From NCBI GenBank assembly GCA_963749155.1, contig CAVVLO010000001.1, positions 768,001 to 832,000 on the forward strand: DNA of 64,000 nt, given 5' to 3'. This document shows positions 19,305-29,073 of the stretch, one piece after another. Within the stretch, counting starts at the first letter, position 1. Every line of letters begins with the position of its first letter. The position numbers were made by a program, and so were the translations under genes. A model generated the notes under the pieces. The model worked only from the letters and a program-made list of their open reading frames with translations, did no database searches and was not told where the DNA came from. The stretch is from an uncultured Armatimonadia bacterium. Its GTDB lineage: Bacteria; Armatimonadota; Zipacnadia; CAVVLO01.

Positions 19305-21697
19305 GGTCACCCGAAGTCGCGCGCAGAGGGCTGGCCTGGACACGCCATGCTGGGCCCGTGTTGTTGCTATGGCTGGTCGCGGCGCTCTATCTGGCGCCTT
19401 CTCTCCTCCTGGGCAGAGTGCCTTTGCCGGCTGATGTATTATTGCTGCAACCGCCATGGAGCGCGTATGCGGAGCAATTTGGCTGGTTTGAGAAAGTACA
19501 CAATCCAGTCCTTGATGTGATTGAGCAGTATTATCCCTGGCGCGCTTTCGCAGGGCAGGAACTGGCCAATGGTCGAGTTCCTCTGTGGAATCCGCAAGTC
19601 CTTTGTGGCGCGCCTTTCCTCGCGACGGGTCAGTCGGCCTTGCTGTATCCCTTCACCTGGCTTTTCGCGCTGGACCGTGGCCCCGCGGCCTGGGGACTCT
19701 ATCTCTGGCTGCATCTTGGCCTGGCCGCAAGCTTTGCGTATGCGCTTGCCACTTCACTTGCCAGATCGCGAGCGGCGGCCGTCACGACAGGCTTAGTGTT
19801 CGCCTTTTCTGGTTTCTTCCTGGCATGGCTTGAATATCTCACTTTCCTGAGCTCCGGCTTGTGGCTTGTTTGCGCGCTTTGGGCCTGGGAACGCACTCGC
19901 GGTGGCCACTTGCGCTATCTGCCTCTCCTCGGGCTTGCCCTTGGATTATCGGTGCTGGCAGGCCATCTGCAGGTGGCGGCTTATGTCTGGGGCGCGCTCG
20001 TAGTCTGGGCTATATTGCGCGAATTTGAACGCGCGCCTCGCGCCTGGGGCCGCGCGGCAGGCTTGCTCGGAGCCGCCTTTGGGCTGGGCGCCTTGCTTTC
20101 CGCAGGTCAGTGGTTGCCCACAGTGGAGCTTGCGCTTGCCAGTGCCCGTGCCGGTACGGTCACTGCGGCCCAGGTCTGGGGCAACAGCCTGCCCTTCGGT
20201 CACCTGGCGGCGCTGCTGGTTCCTTTCTTCTTCGGCGACAACTACATACAGGGCGCCTATTGGGGCCACTTCAATTTCATAGAAACCTGCGGTTATGTCG
20301 GCATCCCGACTTTGCTGCTTGCCGGCCTTGCCCTGGGGGCCTGGAAACGGATGCCAGCTCCGGGACGCCTCCCAGCGCTCGTGCTGGCTGGGTTTGGCTT
20401 CCTGTGGGCTTTCCGCACAGGGCTTGCGCTGTTGTTTTTCTGGACGCTGCCTGGCTTTGGGCAGCTACCAAATGTTGGCAGAGCGCTCTTCCTCTTCTGT
20501 TTTGGGATGGCTATCCTCGCCGGGGCAGGCCTTGATTGCCTGGGCGCTTTCACTGAAGCTCGCGCCAAACGCGCGGCGCTCTGGTGGTTCGCGGCCCTTG
20601 GAGTCACGCTTGGAGCCTGCTGGATTGCACTTCAGCTTTCACCTTTTGCCAGCGCGGCAGACTTGCCTGCCTCGCCTGAGCGAGATACCGCGCTTGCCAC
20701 CTTCCAGCTTGGTCTGAAGGGGCTTGGCCTGGCGGTGCTCAGCGCGCTGGGGGCTGGCCTTCTCTTGTTAGTAGCCTCAAACAGGGAGCGTCGCCCTTTT
20801 GCTGTCACGGGACTAGTGTTTTTGCTGGCAGTTGACCTTGCGGCCTTTGGGGCCAGACTCAATCCCCAGCTCCCCGCGGAGTTGCTTGGCATCCAGCCCA
20901 GTATAATGGAAACCCTTGGCAACGCTGCGCCAGGCCAGCGTATATGGTCTTTTGGGCCTGGCTTAAGGCAACTGCGACCCAACCTGGGGATGACTCTTGG
21001 GCTTGAAGATGTCCGAGGTTACGATTCACTTTATCCAGGCCAGTATGCGCCAGTCCTTGCCCAGCTCGACAAGGTAGAGAGCACCGAAGCCGCCCTCAAG
21101 CGTTTGCCCCTGTTGCGCGCCCTCGGAGTCGAGTGGCTTATTACCACCGAGCCTGTCCTTTCTGCCGACCTGATCGCACTCGGCAAGCCTGACGCTTTTC
21201 TGTATCAGTTGCGCAGCACTAGCCCCTTTGCCTATTGCACTAACGACCTGCAGACAGCTTCTCAGGAATCTGCTCTCGAGCAACTGCTTGCAGGCCAGAC
21301 ACCTGGGAAGATTATCCTGGCGGAAAGTGCTAGTCTTGCGCCGCAGACTGGTCTTGCGCCGCAGACTGGTCTTGCGCCGTCACTTTCTTCGGGTACAGCG
21401 GTCGAAAGACCTTCGACTGATCTGCTCCTGGTAAAGACCTATACTGATGCGCCTGCCTGGTTGGTCATGTTGAACCAGCACTGCCCCGGCTGGCAAGCCT
21501 GGCTGGATGGGCAATCGATCTCCCTTGCGCGCGCCAATGCACTTTTCCAGGCCGTGCGGCTCGAGCAGCCTGGAAACCACAAGCTGCAACTGGCTTACCG
21601 ACCTGATTCTTTCCGCCTGGGCCTCTATCTCAGCCTGACGGGACTCTTTCTTCTCGCCTTGCTAGCTGGCGCCTTGCGTCCTCGATCTGCCCTTTGA
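19301..21697 (+). CDS. YfhO-family GT-C membrane glycosyltransferase
   Basis: D...QYYPW, G.VPLWNP....G.PF, LYP, LAGH.Q, YVG, GYD, PGW.A.LDG...AN..F.AV....G.H...L.Y.P. Confidence 0.85.
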   Translation: MRSPEVARRGLAWTRHAGPVLLLWLVAALYLAPSLLLGRVPLPADVLLLQPPWSAYAEQFGWFEKVHNPVLDVIEQYYPWRAFAGQELANGRVPLWNPQVLCGAPFLATGQSALLYPFTWLFALDRGPAAWGLYLWLHLGLAASFAYALATSLARSRAAAVTTGLVFAFSGFFLAWLEYLTFLSSGLWLVCALWAWERTRGGHLRYLPLLGLALGLSVLAGHLQVAAYVWGALVVWAILREFERAPRAWGRAAGLLGAAFGLGALLSAGQWLPTVELALASARAGTVTAAQVWGNSLPFGHLAALLVPFFFGDNYIQGAYWGHFNFIETCGYVGIPTLLLAGLALGAWKRMPAPGRLPALVLAGFGFLWAFRTGLALLFFWTLPGFGQLPNVGRALFLFCFGMAILAGAGLDCLGAFTEARAKRAALWWFAALGVTLGACWIALQLSPFASAADLPASPERDTALATFQLGLKGLGLAVLSALGAGLLLLVASNRERRPFAVTGLVFLLAVDLAAFGARLNPQLPAELLGIQPSIMETLGNAAPGQRIWSFGPGLRQLRPNLGMTLGLEDVRGYDSLYPGQYAPVLAQLDKVESTEAALKRLPLLRALGVEWLITTEPVLSADLIALGKPDAFLYQLRSTSPFAYCTNDLQTASQESALEQLLAGQTPGKIILAESASLAPQTGLAPQTGLAPSLSSGTAVERPSTDLLLVKTYTDAPAWLVMLNQHCPGWQAWLDGQSISLARANALFQAVRLEQPGNHKLQLAYRPDSFRLGLYLSLTGLFLLALLAGALRPRSAL
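21333..21379 (+). repeat. in-frame 18-bp tandem repeat (2.6 copies)
   Basis: GTCTTGCGCCGCAGACTG x2 + GTCTTGCGCCG, encoding LAPQTG-LAPQTG-LAP. Confidence 0.9.
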
Positions 21698-21714
21698 GTT
21701 GGCCCTCCGACTTG

Positions 21715-21723
21715 TGTTATAAT
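21715..21723 (+). promoter_or_regulatory. extended -10 promoter element
   Basis: TGTTATAAT upstream of the DUF151 gene, TTGAGT about 18 nt upstream. Confidence 0.55.
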
Positions 21724-21757
21724 GCGCCCGCTCCAACGAGCAGGTGAGGGAGAGAGG

Positions 21758-22246
21758 ATGCGCAAGGTTTTCCTGGCCAGTGTTAGCAGGAGCAAGACCC
21801 GCAAATGGGCTGTCGTGCTGAAGGATGAGCGCGAGGGAGTGGCAATTGCCGTGCCCTTGCGCGCCAGCGAGGCCGAAGCCATCGCCACCGGATTAGCTCT
21901 CGAAGACCCAGAGCCGCCGCATATCCATGACTTGTTCCTCGAGACTCTCGATGCCATTGGGGCTGAACTGGTCAAAGTTATCCTGTTCGATGTTACGCCC
22001 AAGGGCCAGTTCAAGGCTCGGATAGAACTCGAGGCCGGAGAACAGACCCTTGTTCTGCCTGCCTCTGCCAGTGATGCTATAGCGTTGGCCGTGCGCACCG
22101 AGGCTGATATTTATGTCACACCCCAGGTACTCGCGCGCGCCGGTCAGCCTGTAAAGATCAAAGACACCGAAGACGCCTCCCGCTTTCAGGAGTTGCTGGG
22201 CGACCTCGCCTATCAGGAAGAGGACGCTGCCGGAGAAAACGAATAA
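21758..22246 (+). CDS. bifunctional nuclease (DUF151/BFN) family protein
   Basis: VVLKD, EA.AIA..L.....P.P..HDL, F.A.I, SDAIALAVR....IYV...VL. Confidence 0.85.
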   Translation: MRKVFLASVSRSKTRKWAVVLKDEREGVAIAVPLRASEAEAIATGLALEDPEPPHIHDLFLETLDAIGAELVKVILFDVTPKGQFKARIELEAGEQTLVLPASASDAIALAVRTEADIYVTPQVLARAGQPVKIKDTEDASRFQELLGDLAYQEEDAAGENE

Positions 22247-22294
22247 CCAGTCTCTCCCCTCAAGCGGAGCAAGTCACCTAAGGAGCCTTCTCAC

Positions 22295-25237
22295 GTGGAA
22301 TCCAGAACTCCCGCCAAGCTGTTGCGAGGCCTGCTGCTCGTAGTTGTGCTCTGTATAATTGCGCTCGGTACCGCCGCGCGCACCTATACAGATGCCCTGT
22401 GGTTCTCCTCGCTCGGGCTATTGCCCGTTTTCCTGACGAAGCTGTATGCGCGGCTTGCTTTGCTAGTTGCCGTCGCCCTGATTGCAACTTTGTTCATCTG
22501 GCTAAACGTTCGGTTTGTCAAGCGCCAGACGACCAGCAAGGTCGAACTGCTAGGTCGCCGGTTGCTGCAGCCAGGCGAACGCGCAATGATAGATCGGTAT
22601 TACCTCAAACTCAGATTCTGGTTCTGCCTTGCTGCGGGCATAATTGCCGGACTGATGGCGGCCTCCCGGTGGCAGGACGCGCTGCTCTTCTTCAACAGCG
22701 TAGCGGTGGGGAAGACCGATCCGATATTCAACCTTGATCTGGCCTTCTACCTTTTCAAGTTCCGCTTCTGGTATTTCCTGGCGAGTTCCTTCTATATGCT
22801 CAGCCTTGGTACGCTCCTCTTTACTGCGCTGCTGCACATCTACGAGGAGAACATACGCTTTGTCACCAGCCGTCCGAACGTTTCGGCCCAGGCCCGAGGA
22901 CAACTAGGCTTCCTCTTCGGCTGCCTGCTGATTGGTAAAGCGGCCACCTACTGGCTCAAGCGTTATGTGTATCTCTATCCCCACGCCGATGTCACCAGCG
23001 GCGCCACCTGGGTGGATGCACATATCGGGATCCCTGTAACCGGTCTGCTTGCCATACTGGCTTTGCTGGTCGGATTGCTTTTTATGCTGAGCGGGAAGCC
23101 CAACCTCACCCGCCCAGCCTTCATCGGGCTTATTCTGTTGATTACAGTCTCGATTGTCGGTAAATCGATCGCTCCAGCGATTATGCAGCGTTTCACTGTG
23201 GCGCCGAACGAACTTGCCAGGGAAGAACAATATATCAAGCATGGCATCGAGGCCACCCGCACTGCCTTCGGCCTGGACAAGTTTGATGCTGCAGCCTTCC
23301 CTGCCGAGATGAGTCTCACCGCGGGCGATCTCGATAGCAATGTGGATACACTGCGCAACGTGCGGCTTTGGGCAGACGAACCAGCGTTGCAGGTCTATAA
23401 CCAGCTCCAGGAGATTCGCACTTACTACAGCTTCCCGGATATTGACTCGGACAGGTATGACTTGCCAGGTCACGGCTATCGCCAGGTGCTGGTTTCGGCT
23501 CGCGAGATGAACAGCACCGAGCTACGCAAGGAAGCGCGTGAACTCTGGGTAAACAAGCATCTGGTTTACACCCACGGGTATGGCCTGTGCATCAGCCCAG
23601 TCAACGTTGTGCGAGGCGAGGAAGGCTCTGACAGCGAGGGACTACCAGCTTTCTGGTCAAAAGACATCCCCTCCATCACCGAACCTGGGCTTGAGCTGAA
23701 GGAACCTCGTATCTATTACGGTGAAGGTTTTAGCGGCAGGCTCTACGAGCAGGTGATGAATAACCAGCAGGCTCCTATGGCCTCGCCGATGGCGGGTCCA
23801 GAGGGGATGAACCCAATGCAGCAGCAGATGCCGCAGACGGCGCCCCCTCGTCCCTTCACCCCTGTTGATAGTCTGTATTACCTGGTCACAAATACAAAGC
23901 AGCCGGAGTTCGATTATCCTGAAGAAGACGTAAAAACCCCTTTGCCCGAAGGCACAGTGGCTGATGAAGATGGCATATATGGCCATTACCAGGGCACGGG
24001 AGGTATCCTGCTTGATTCCTTCCTCAAGCGGCTGGCGTTTGCCATCCGGTTCACCGACGTCAACTTGCTGCTGTCAGGTTACATTACTCCCGAAAGCCGG
24101 CTGATGATGTATCGGGCGGTGCGAGAGCGAGCCGAGATGGCCGCGCCCTTCCTGACCTACGATGCCGATGCTTATCCGGTCATAGCCGATGGCAAAATCT
24201 ACTGGATGATAGACGGTTATGCGACGAGTCTCTTCTACCCTTACTCGTCGGTCTATTCGCGGCTATTCAACTATATCCGCAACTCGGTGAAGGTTGTCAG
24301 TTCGGCTCACGAGGGCGAGTTGAACTTCTATGTGATAGATAGCGAAGATCCGGTTACCAAGGTCTGGAGGAAGATCTACCCGTCTCTCTTCAAGCCCTAC
24401 GAGCAGATGCCCGAAGGACTGAAGAGCCACATCCGGTATCCCAAGGGGTTGTTCCAGGCGCAGGCGAGTATGTACCGCCTGTACCATATGACGAGTCCCT
24501 CCCAGTTCTATTCAAAAGAAGACGCCTGGGAGTTCCCCCAGCAGCAATTTGCAGACAACTGGACGGTGATGGAGCCTCATTATCTGATAATGAAGTTGCC
24601 TGGCCGGCCCAAAGCCGAATTTATGCTACTTATGCCTTTCACGCCAGCCAGCAAGGAAAATATGATCGGCTGGATGGCCGCCCACTGTGACTGGCCAGAG
24701 TATGGGAATGTGACCGTGTTCAAGTTCCCCAAGAGCAAGAACACTTATGGCCCGCGCCAGGTTGAAAATCGTATTCAACAGAATACCGATATCGCCCAGG
24801 CCTTCACCCTGTGGAAGAACCAGAACACCAAGGTCATCCGGGGCGACCTGCAGGTCATACCAATTGACAAGAGCGTCCTCTATGTCGAGCCGGTCTATAT
24901 AGTGGCTGCCGAACAAGGCTTGCCCGAGCTCAAGCGCATCATCGTGGCTTACGGAGATGAAGGCGAGAACATCGCTATGGCGCCGACGCTGGCCGATGCT
25001 TTGCGGCAGATCTTCGGGGCCGGCAAGAAGCCTGATCGTGTAGCACCCTCCGCTGCAACAAGCCCCACCCAGACGTCTGCGGTTTCACCGCAGACAGATG
25101 CCCTGATAATTGAGGCTGCAAACGCCTACGAGAAAGCCGAGGCCGCAAGCCGCGCAGGTGACTGGAAGACCTTCGGCGATGAGATGGCAAAGCTGAAGAA
25201 CGCGCTCAAGCAACTGGAGGCACAGCGCAAGCAGTAG
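22295..25237 (+). CDS. UPF0182 family membrane protein
   Basis: LWF.SLG, DPIF..D..FY.F, V.PNE...E, NVRLW, QLQ.IR.YY.F.D.D.DRY, YTHGYG, PRIYYGE, APFL..D.D.YPV, NYIRNSVK, YVEPVY. Confidence 0.93.
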   Translation: MESRTPAKLLRGLLLVVVLCIIALGTAARTYTDALWFSSLGLLPVFLTKLYARLALLVAVALIATLFIWLNVRFVKRQTTSKVELLGRRLLQPGERAMIDRYYLKLRFWFCLAAGIIAGLMAASRWQDALLFFNSVAVGKTDPIFNLDLAFYLFKFRFWYFLASSFYMLSLGTLLFTALLHIYEENIRFVTSRPNVSAQARGQLGFLFGCLLIGKAATYWLKRYVYLYPHADVTSGATWVDAHIGIPVTGLLAILALLVGLLFMLSGKPNLTRPAFIGLILLITVSIVGKSIAPAIMQRFTVAPNELAREEQYIKHGIEATRTAFGLDKFDAAAFPAEMSLTAGDLDSNVDTLRNVRLWADEPALQVYNQLQEIRTYYSFPDIDSDRYDLPGHGYRQVLVSAREMNSTELRKEARELWVNKHLVYTHGYGLCISPVNVVRGEEGSDSEGLPAFWSKDIPSITEPGLELKEPRIYYGEGFSGRLYEQVMNNQQAPMASPMAGPEGMNPMQQQMPQTAPPRPFTPVDSLYYLVTNTKQPEFDYPEEDVKTPLPEGTVADEDGIYGHYQGTGGILLDSFLKRLAFAIRFTDVNLLLSGYITPESRLMMYRAVRERAEMAAPFLTYDADAYPVIADGKIYWMIDGYATSLFYPYSSVYSRLFNYIRNSVKVVSSAHEGELNFYVIDSEDPVTKVWRKIYPSLFKPYEQMPEGLKSHIRYPKGLFQAQASMYRLYHMTSPSQFYSKEDAWEFPQQQFADNWTVMEPHYLIMKLPGRPKAEFMLLMPFTPASKENMIGWMAAHCDWPEYGNVTVFKFPKSKNTYGPRQVENRIQQNTDIAQAFTLWKNQNTKVIRGDLQVIPIDKSVLYVEPVYIVAAEQGLPELKRIIVAYGDEGENIAMAPTLADALRQIFGAGKKPDRVAPSAATSPTQTSAVSPQTDALIIEAANAYEKAEAASRAGDWKTFGDEMAKLKNALKQLEAQRKQ

Positions 25238-25261
25238 GCAACCCGGCTGATTCGCAAGTAG

Positions 25262-25292
25262 AAGGGCGCTCCCGAGGGAGCGCCCTTTTTTT
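25262..25292 (+). terminator. intrinsic terminator between convergent genes
   Basis: AAGGGCGCTCC-cgag-GGAGCGCCCTT + T run. Confidence 0.85.
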
Positions 25293-25311
25293 CGGCTTGG
25301 TGAGAGAGCTG

Positions 25312-25821
25312 CTATTCTACGAAAAGCGCTTTCAGACTGGTAGCCTCGCGCGAGGTGATCAGTTCTCTCACTGCAGCCTCGCAGTAATCGCGCAGCACCG
25401 TCAGGCACTCATCATAAGACCAGGTGGAGCTGTCCATAGGATCAGGGACATTGGCAAGCGATCTGCAGGCATATTCCGGCAAGGTGAAAAGCTTGTCACG
25501 AGAAATCGGAAACTCGGTTGCGACAACGCGTTTCTGCCAACGGGTCATAGTGAGTATGACCCTCGCCCCTTCGATCGCCTCACTCGTCAACTGTCTTGCC
25601 TGATGGGTCACTGGTGGCAGCCCCGCGCGCGCCAGGGCTTCTACGGCTGCTTCGCCAAGTTCAGCGCCCTCGATTGCCGCAAGGCCTGCCGAGGTGGAGA
25701 TGAGATCAGCTTCGGGCGCCAGCCTTTCGGCTGCCTCCGCGAAGGCGCTCTCCGCCATTGGGCTGCGGATTACGTTACCACTGCACACGAATAATACTAG
25801 CACAGGCCGACCCAAGGCCAA
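25312..25821 (-). CDS. low-molecular-weight protein tyrosine/arginine phosphatase (YwlE-like)
   Basis: FVCSGNVIRSPMAE P-loop, SAG, ILTMT, VPDP; sits near sua5 as ywlE does. Confidence 0.88.
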   Translation of the reverse strand: MALGRPVLVLFVCSGNVIRSPMAESAFAEAAERLAPEADLISTSAGLAAIEGAELGEAAVEALARAGLPPVTHQARQLTSEAIEGARVILTMTRWQKRVVATEFPISRDKLFTLPEYACRSLANVPDPMDSSTWSYDECLTVLRDYCEAAVRELITSREATSLKALFVE

Positions 25822-25866
25822 CTCCCTCCTGGCGTTACTTCAGCAGAATGGGTGTAGTCCTCCCAC

Positions 25867-26400
25867 CTAGAAAAACCAGGTGAGTGAGAGGCGCGCCCCG
25901 CTCGCGTCCAGTCCTCTCCCACTGCCCAGGTCGCAGTAGTCGAGTTCTACAACTGCTGATTGACCGAGCAAGAGGCCCAGGCCGACTTCATAAGCGAAGT
26001 CAGTGCTTTTGTCTCCGATACCGTTTGCCTCGAAATCATTGAAGGAGATGCCAATCCCGCCGCCCCAGTAGAAGCTGTCACTCAGGGGTTCGCGCATACG
26101 GTACAGCACCGGGATCATCTTGGCCTCATAATGATTCAGGCCATCGTCGCCACTGCCCTTCATATAGTCAACGGTGACGGTGCGTTCGCCAAAGGGCAGC
26201 GGTATGGTAGCCCAGGGGGTAGGTACCCCTCCGGCGCCGTATTCCAGGCCGAAGAAAGTCCAGTTGTCGCTGATGAGATCAAGGTCAGAGCCCATCGGCT
26301 GGAACATGCCAACGCGCAGGCCCAGGTTGAGCGGTCCGGCTGAGGCCAGCCCTGCGGCAAGCACCAGTGCAAGCAGTGTAATCAGTAGAGCGGTTCTCAT
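25867..26400 (-). CDS. small outer-membrane beta-barrel protein
   Basis: Signal peptide, alternating amphipathic strands (YWGGGIG, FAYEVGLG), C-terminal aromatic residues (LTWFF); AGGAGG SD. Confidence 0.7.
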   Translation of the reverse strand: MRTALLITLLALVLAAGLASAGPLNLGLRVGMFQPMGSDLDLISDNWTFFGLEYGAGGVPTPWATIPLPFGERTVTVDYMKGSGDDGLNHYEAKMIPVLYRMREPLSDSFYWGGGIGISFNDFEANGIGDKSTDFAYEVGLGLLLGQSAVVELDYCDLGSGRGLDASGARLSLTWFF

Positions 26401-26469
26401 TTTATGCCTCCTTGTGCAAGGGCAATATATCCCCCTTTTGGGAAAGCGCCAACTTATGCGCCCCAAGGG

Positions 26470-27117
26470 CTAATCGAAATCGCCAACCAGCCTGGCGAGT
26501 TCCTCGAGGGAATGAGGCCCTCGGCGCACAAGGCGCGGGGGAGTCTGGGTCAAATCGAGTACAGTACTGGCCAGGCCGCGAGCAGGGGTGGAAGCCAGCC
26601 CAATCAAAGGCACTTTGCCTTGCCAAAGAGCGATTAGTTCTGCACTTGTGGCCGGTTCAGGCTGGCCTGATAGATTGGCACTGGTCAGTGCGATAGGCCC
26701 CTCAAAAGCCTTGGTCAGAGCCAGTGTAAAATCAAAATCTGGCACTCTGAGTCCCAGTTTGGGCGTGCAGAGCGGTGCGGCAAGGTCGGCTTCAGGAGAA
26801 CGCTGGACAAGCAGGGTGAAAGCACCCGGCAGCAATCTGCGCGCAAGCAGTAGCGAGCGTTCTGCGGGAGGCGTCAGGCCTACCTGCCAGGCGTATTCAG
26901 CACTCGGAAGAAGCAAGGCGAAAGGCTTGTGCTCTTCCCGACCTTTCAGTTCGAAGAGCTGCTGCACCGCCTTGGACGAGCGCGCATCGGCTGCCAGTCC
27001 ATATACGGTGTCGGTGGGGAAGACAACCACCTGGCCCTTTGCCAGCCTCGTCGCCGCCAGCCTTGCAACTCTGACAACGGACGCAGGGCTGTCCAGTTGC
27101 TTGATAAGGGTCCTCAT
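26470..27117 (-). CDS. tsaC: L-threonylcarbamoyladenylate synthase (Sua5/TsaC)
   Basis: VVFPTDTVYGL, K.R...KP, PG.FT, GLRVP, TSANLSG, STVLD. Confidence 0.93.
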   Translation of the reverse strand: MRTLIKQLDSPASVVRVARLAATRLAKGQVVVFPTDTVYGLAADARSSKAVQQLFELKGREEHKPFALLLPSAEYAWQVGLTPPAERSLLLARRLLPGAFTLLVQRSPEADLAAPLCTPKLGLRVPDFDFTLALTKAFEGPIALTSANLSGQPEPATSAELIALWQGKVPLIGLASTPARGLASTVLDLTQTPPRLVRRGPHSLEELARLVGDFD

Positions 27118-27989
27118 ATCCACCTGGCCACCAGCGCGCGAGGGATGCCTGCCAAATCGGGAAGGACCGCTTCCACGGCAAGGCCTGCTTGCCCAGCAAG
27201 CCTGCGATAGAGCTCTTCCTGGCCAAAACCCATCTCCAGTATCAGTGAGCCACCTGGCAGCAGCCGTGTGGATGCCTCTTGAAAGAAGCGCAAAAGAAAG
27301 TCTTCAACCGGTATGGGAGGCGTTAGCGCCATAAGAGGTTCCTGATTGCGCACATGCCCTGGCAATTTGAGCAAATCGTCAGGCTCAACATAAGGTGGAT
27401 TTGACACGATAGCCGCAAAAGTCGGCCTGGCGGCAAAGGACGACAGCAGGTCTGCCTGGAGGAAGTGGATCTGTTCTGCCACGCCATGCCGCGCCGCGTT
27501 GCGCCGGGCGACTTCGAGCGCCTCTTTTGAGAGGTCTGTTGCGATGACATGCCGGGCTGAAGCCTCAAGGGCCAGGCACACTGCCACGATGCCAGAGCCA
27601 GTCCCAATGTCCACCAAAGGGCCCGCCGGAGTAGAGGAAAGCGCTGCAAGGGTCGCTTCAACCAGCAGTTCGGTTTCCGGACGTGGAATAAGCACTGCGG
27701 GGGTAACCTCGAACTCAAGCCCGTAGAACTCTCGCCGGCCTGTGAGATAAGGAAGAGGCACCCCTGAGGCGACCTGGGCCACGGCCTCAAGGAAAACTTT
27801 TACAAGTTCGGGGGCAAGTTCAGCATCAGGCTCGGCCAGTTGGGCCTCCAGTGAGATGCCAGCGAAATGAGCAAGCACCAGCCTGGCCAGGCGACTTGGA
27901 GCCCCCTGCTCAGAGCCTGCCAGGCGCTCGGTGGCAAGCGCGATCGCCTGACGCCTGGTCAGTGGCTCAGTTGCTGCCCTCGGCTTCAC
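27114..27989 (-). CDS. prmC: release factor glutamine methyltransferase
   Basis: PL.Y.TG.REFYGL.F.V...VLIPRPETE, DIGTGSG, VSNPPY; follows prfA. Confidence 0.95.
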   Translation of the reverse strand: MKPRAATEPLTRRQAIALATERLAGSEQGAPSRLARLVLAHFAGISLEAQLAEPDAELAPELVKVFLEAVAQVASGVPLPYLTGRREFYGLEFEVTPAVLIPRPETELLVEATLAALSSTPAGPLVDIGTGSGIVAVCLALEASARHVIATDLSKEALEVARRNAARHGVAEQIHFLQADLLSSFAARPTFAAIVSNPPYVEPDDLLKLPGHVRNQEPLMALTPPIPVEDFLLRFFQEASTRLLPGGSLILEMGFGQEELYRRLAGQAGLAVEAVLPDLAGIPRALVARWI

Positions 27990-29073
27990 TGTTAAGCTGC
28001 TCCACTCGTTCCAGCTCATCGGCTCGCTTCAGAGCGTCTATAAGCTCTTGCACCTCACCGTTCAACATCCCCTGCAGGTTGTGGCTGGTGTAGCCAATCC
28101 GATGGTCGGTTACGCGGCTCTGAGGAAAGTTGTACGTCCTTATCTTCTCGCTCCGGTCGCCACTGCGCACCTGGCTGCGCCGCTGAGCCGAAGCCTCGTC
28201 TTCCTGTTCCTGGCGCGCTTTTTCAAGCAGCATGGCTCTCAGGATACGCAGCGCCCGCTCCTTGTTCTGAAGCTGACTGCGTTCATCCTGGCAGTTCACA
28301 ATCGTGTTGGTTGGGATATGGGTGATACGCACTGCCGTCTCGTTCTTCTGCATATGCTGCCCGCCGGCGCTGCCCGCGCGGAAGGTATCGATACGCAAGT
28401 CTTTCGGATCAATCTCGATGTCGATTTCCTGGGCCTCGCGCAGCACATTTACCGCGACTGCAGAGGTATGGATCCGGCCCTGAGATTCTGTCTCAGGCAC
28501 CCGCTGCACGCGATGCACCCCGCTTTCGAACCGCAAGTCCCCATATGCGCCCTTGCCTTTGATAGTAAAGACAACTTCCTTTATGCCGCCCATCTCGGCT
28601 TCGGACAGGGAGTCGACTTCGACTGTCCTCTTCGATAATTCGGCATACCGGCTATACATCCGGAAGAGGTCGGCTGCGAACAGTGCCGCTTCTTCTCCGC
28701 CCGTCCCGGCGCGTATCTCGACAATTACATTCTTCAGATTGTCAGGATCTTTCGGCATCAGCTCGCGCTGAAGTATATCGAGCAACCCGGCCAGGCGCGT
28801 CTCGAGTGCTTCTATCTCGTCCCAGGCCATCGCTTTGAGTTCATGATCGATCTCGGCTTCGTGCAGTTCGCGCGCGCCAGCGAGTTCTTCCTCGGTCTTG
28901 AGGTATTCCGTCCAGGCCTGGGCGACGTCCTCTATTTGCGCCCGCTGCTTGGCAAGCTCCGTATAGCGCTGGTAGTCAGAGGCGATCTCGGGGTTTGCCA
29001 TCTCCTCCCCAAGCCCGAGCCATTCAGCGCGCACACTATCCAGTTTGGGTCTTAATACTTCAAGCGTCTCCAT
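27967..29073 (-). CDS. prfA: peptide chain release factor 1
   Basis: EIRAGTGGEEAALF, ESGVHRVQRVP.TE.QGRIHTS, GGQ, ERSQ.QNK, DRSEKIRTYNFPQ.RVTDHRI. Confidence 0.98.
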   Translation of the reverse strand: METLEVLRPKLDSVRAEWLGLGEEMANPEIASDYQRYTELAKQRAQIEDVAQAWTEYLKTEEELAGARELHEAEIDHELKAMAWDEIEALETRLAGLLDILQRELMPKDPDNLKNVIVEIRAGTGGEEAALFAADLFRMYSRYAELSKRTVEVDSLSEAEMGGIKEVVFTIKGKGAYGDLRFESGVHRVQRVPETESQGRIHTSAVAVNVLREAQEIDIEIDPKDLRIDTFRAGSAGGQHMQKNETAVRITHIPTNTIVNCQDERSQLQNKERALRILRAMLLEKARQEQEDEASAQRRSQVRSGDRSEKIRTYNFPQSRVTDHRIGYTSHNLQGMLNGEVQELIDALKRADELERVEQLNSEAEGSN

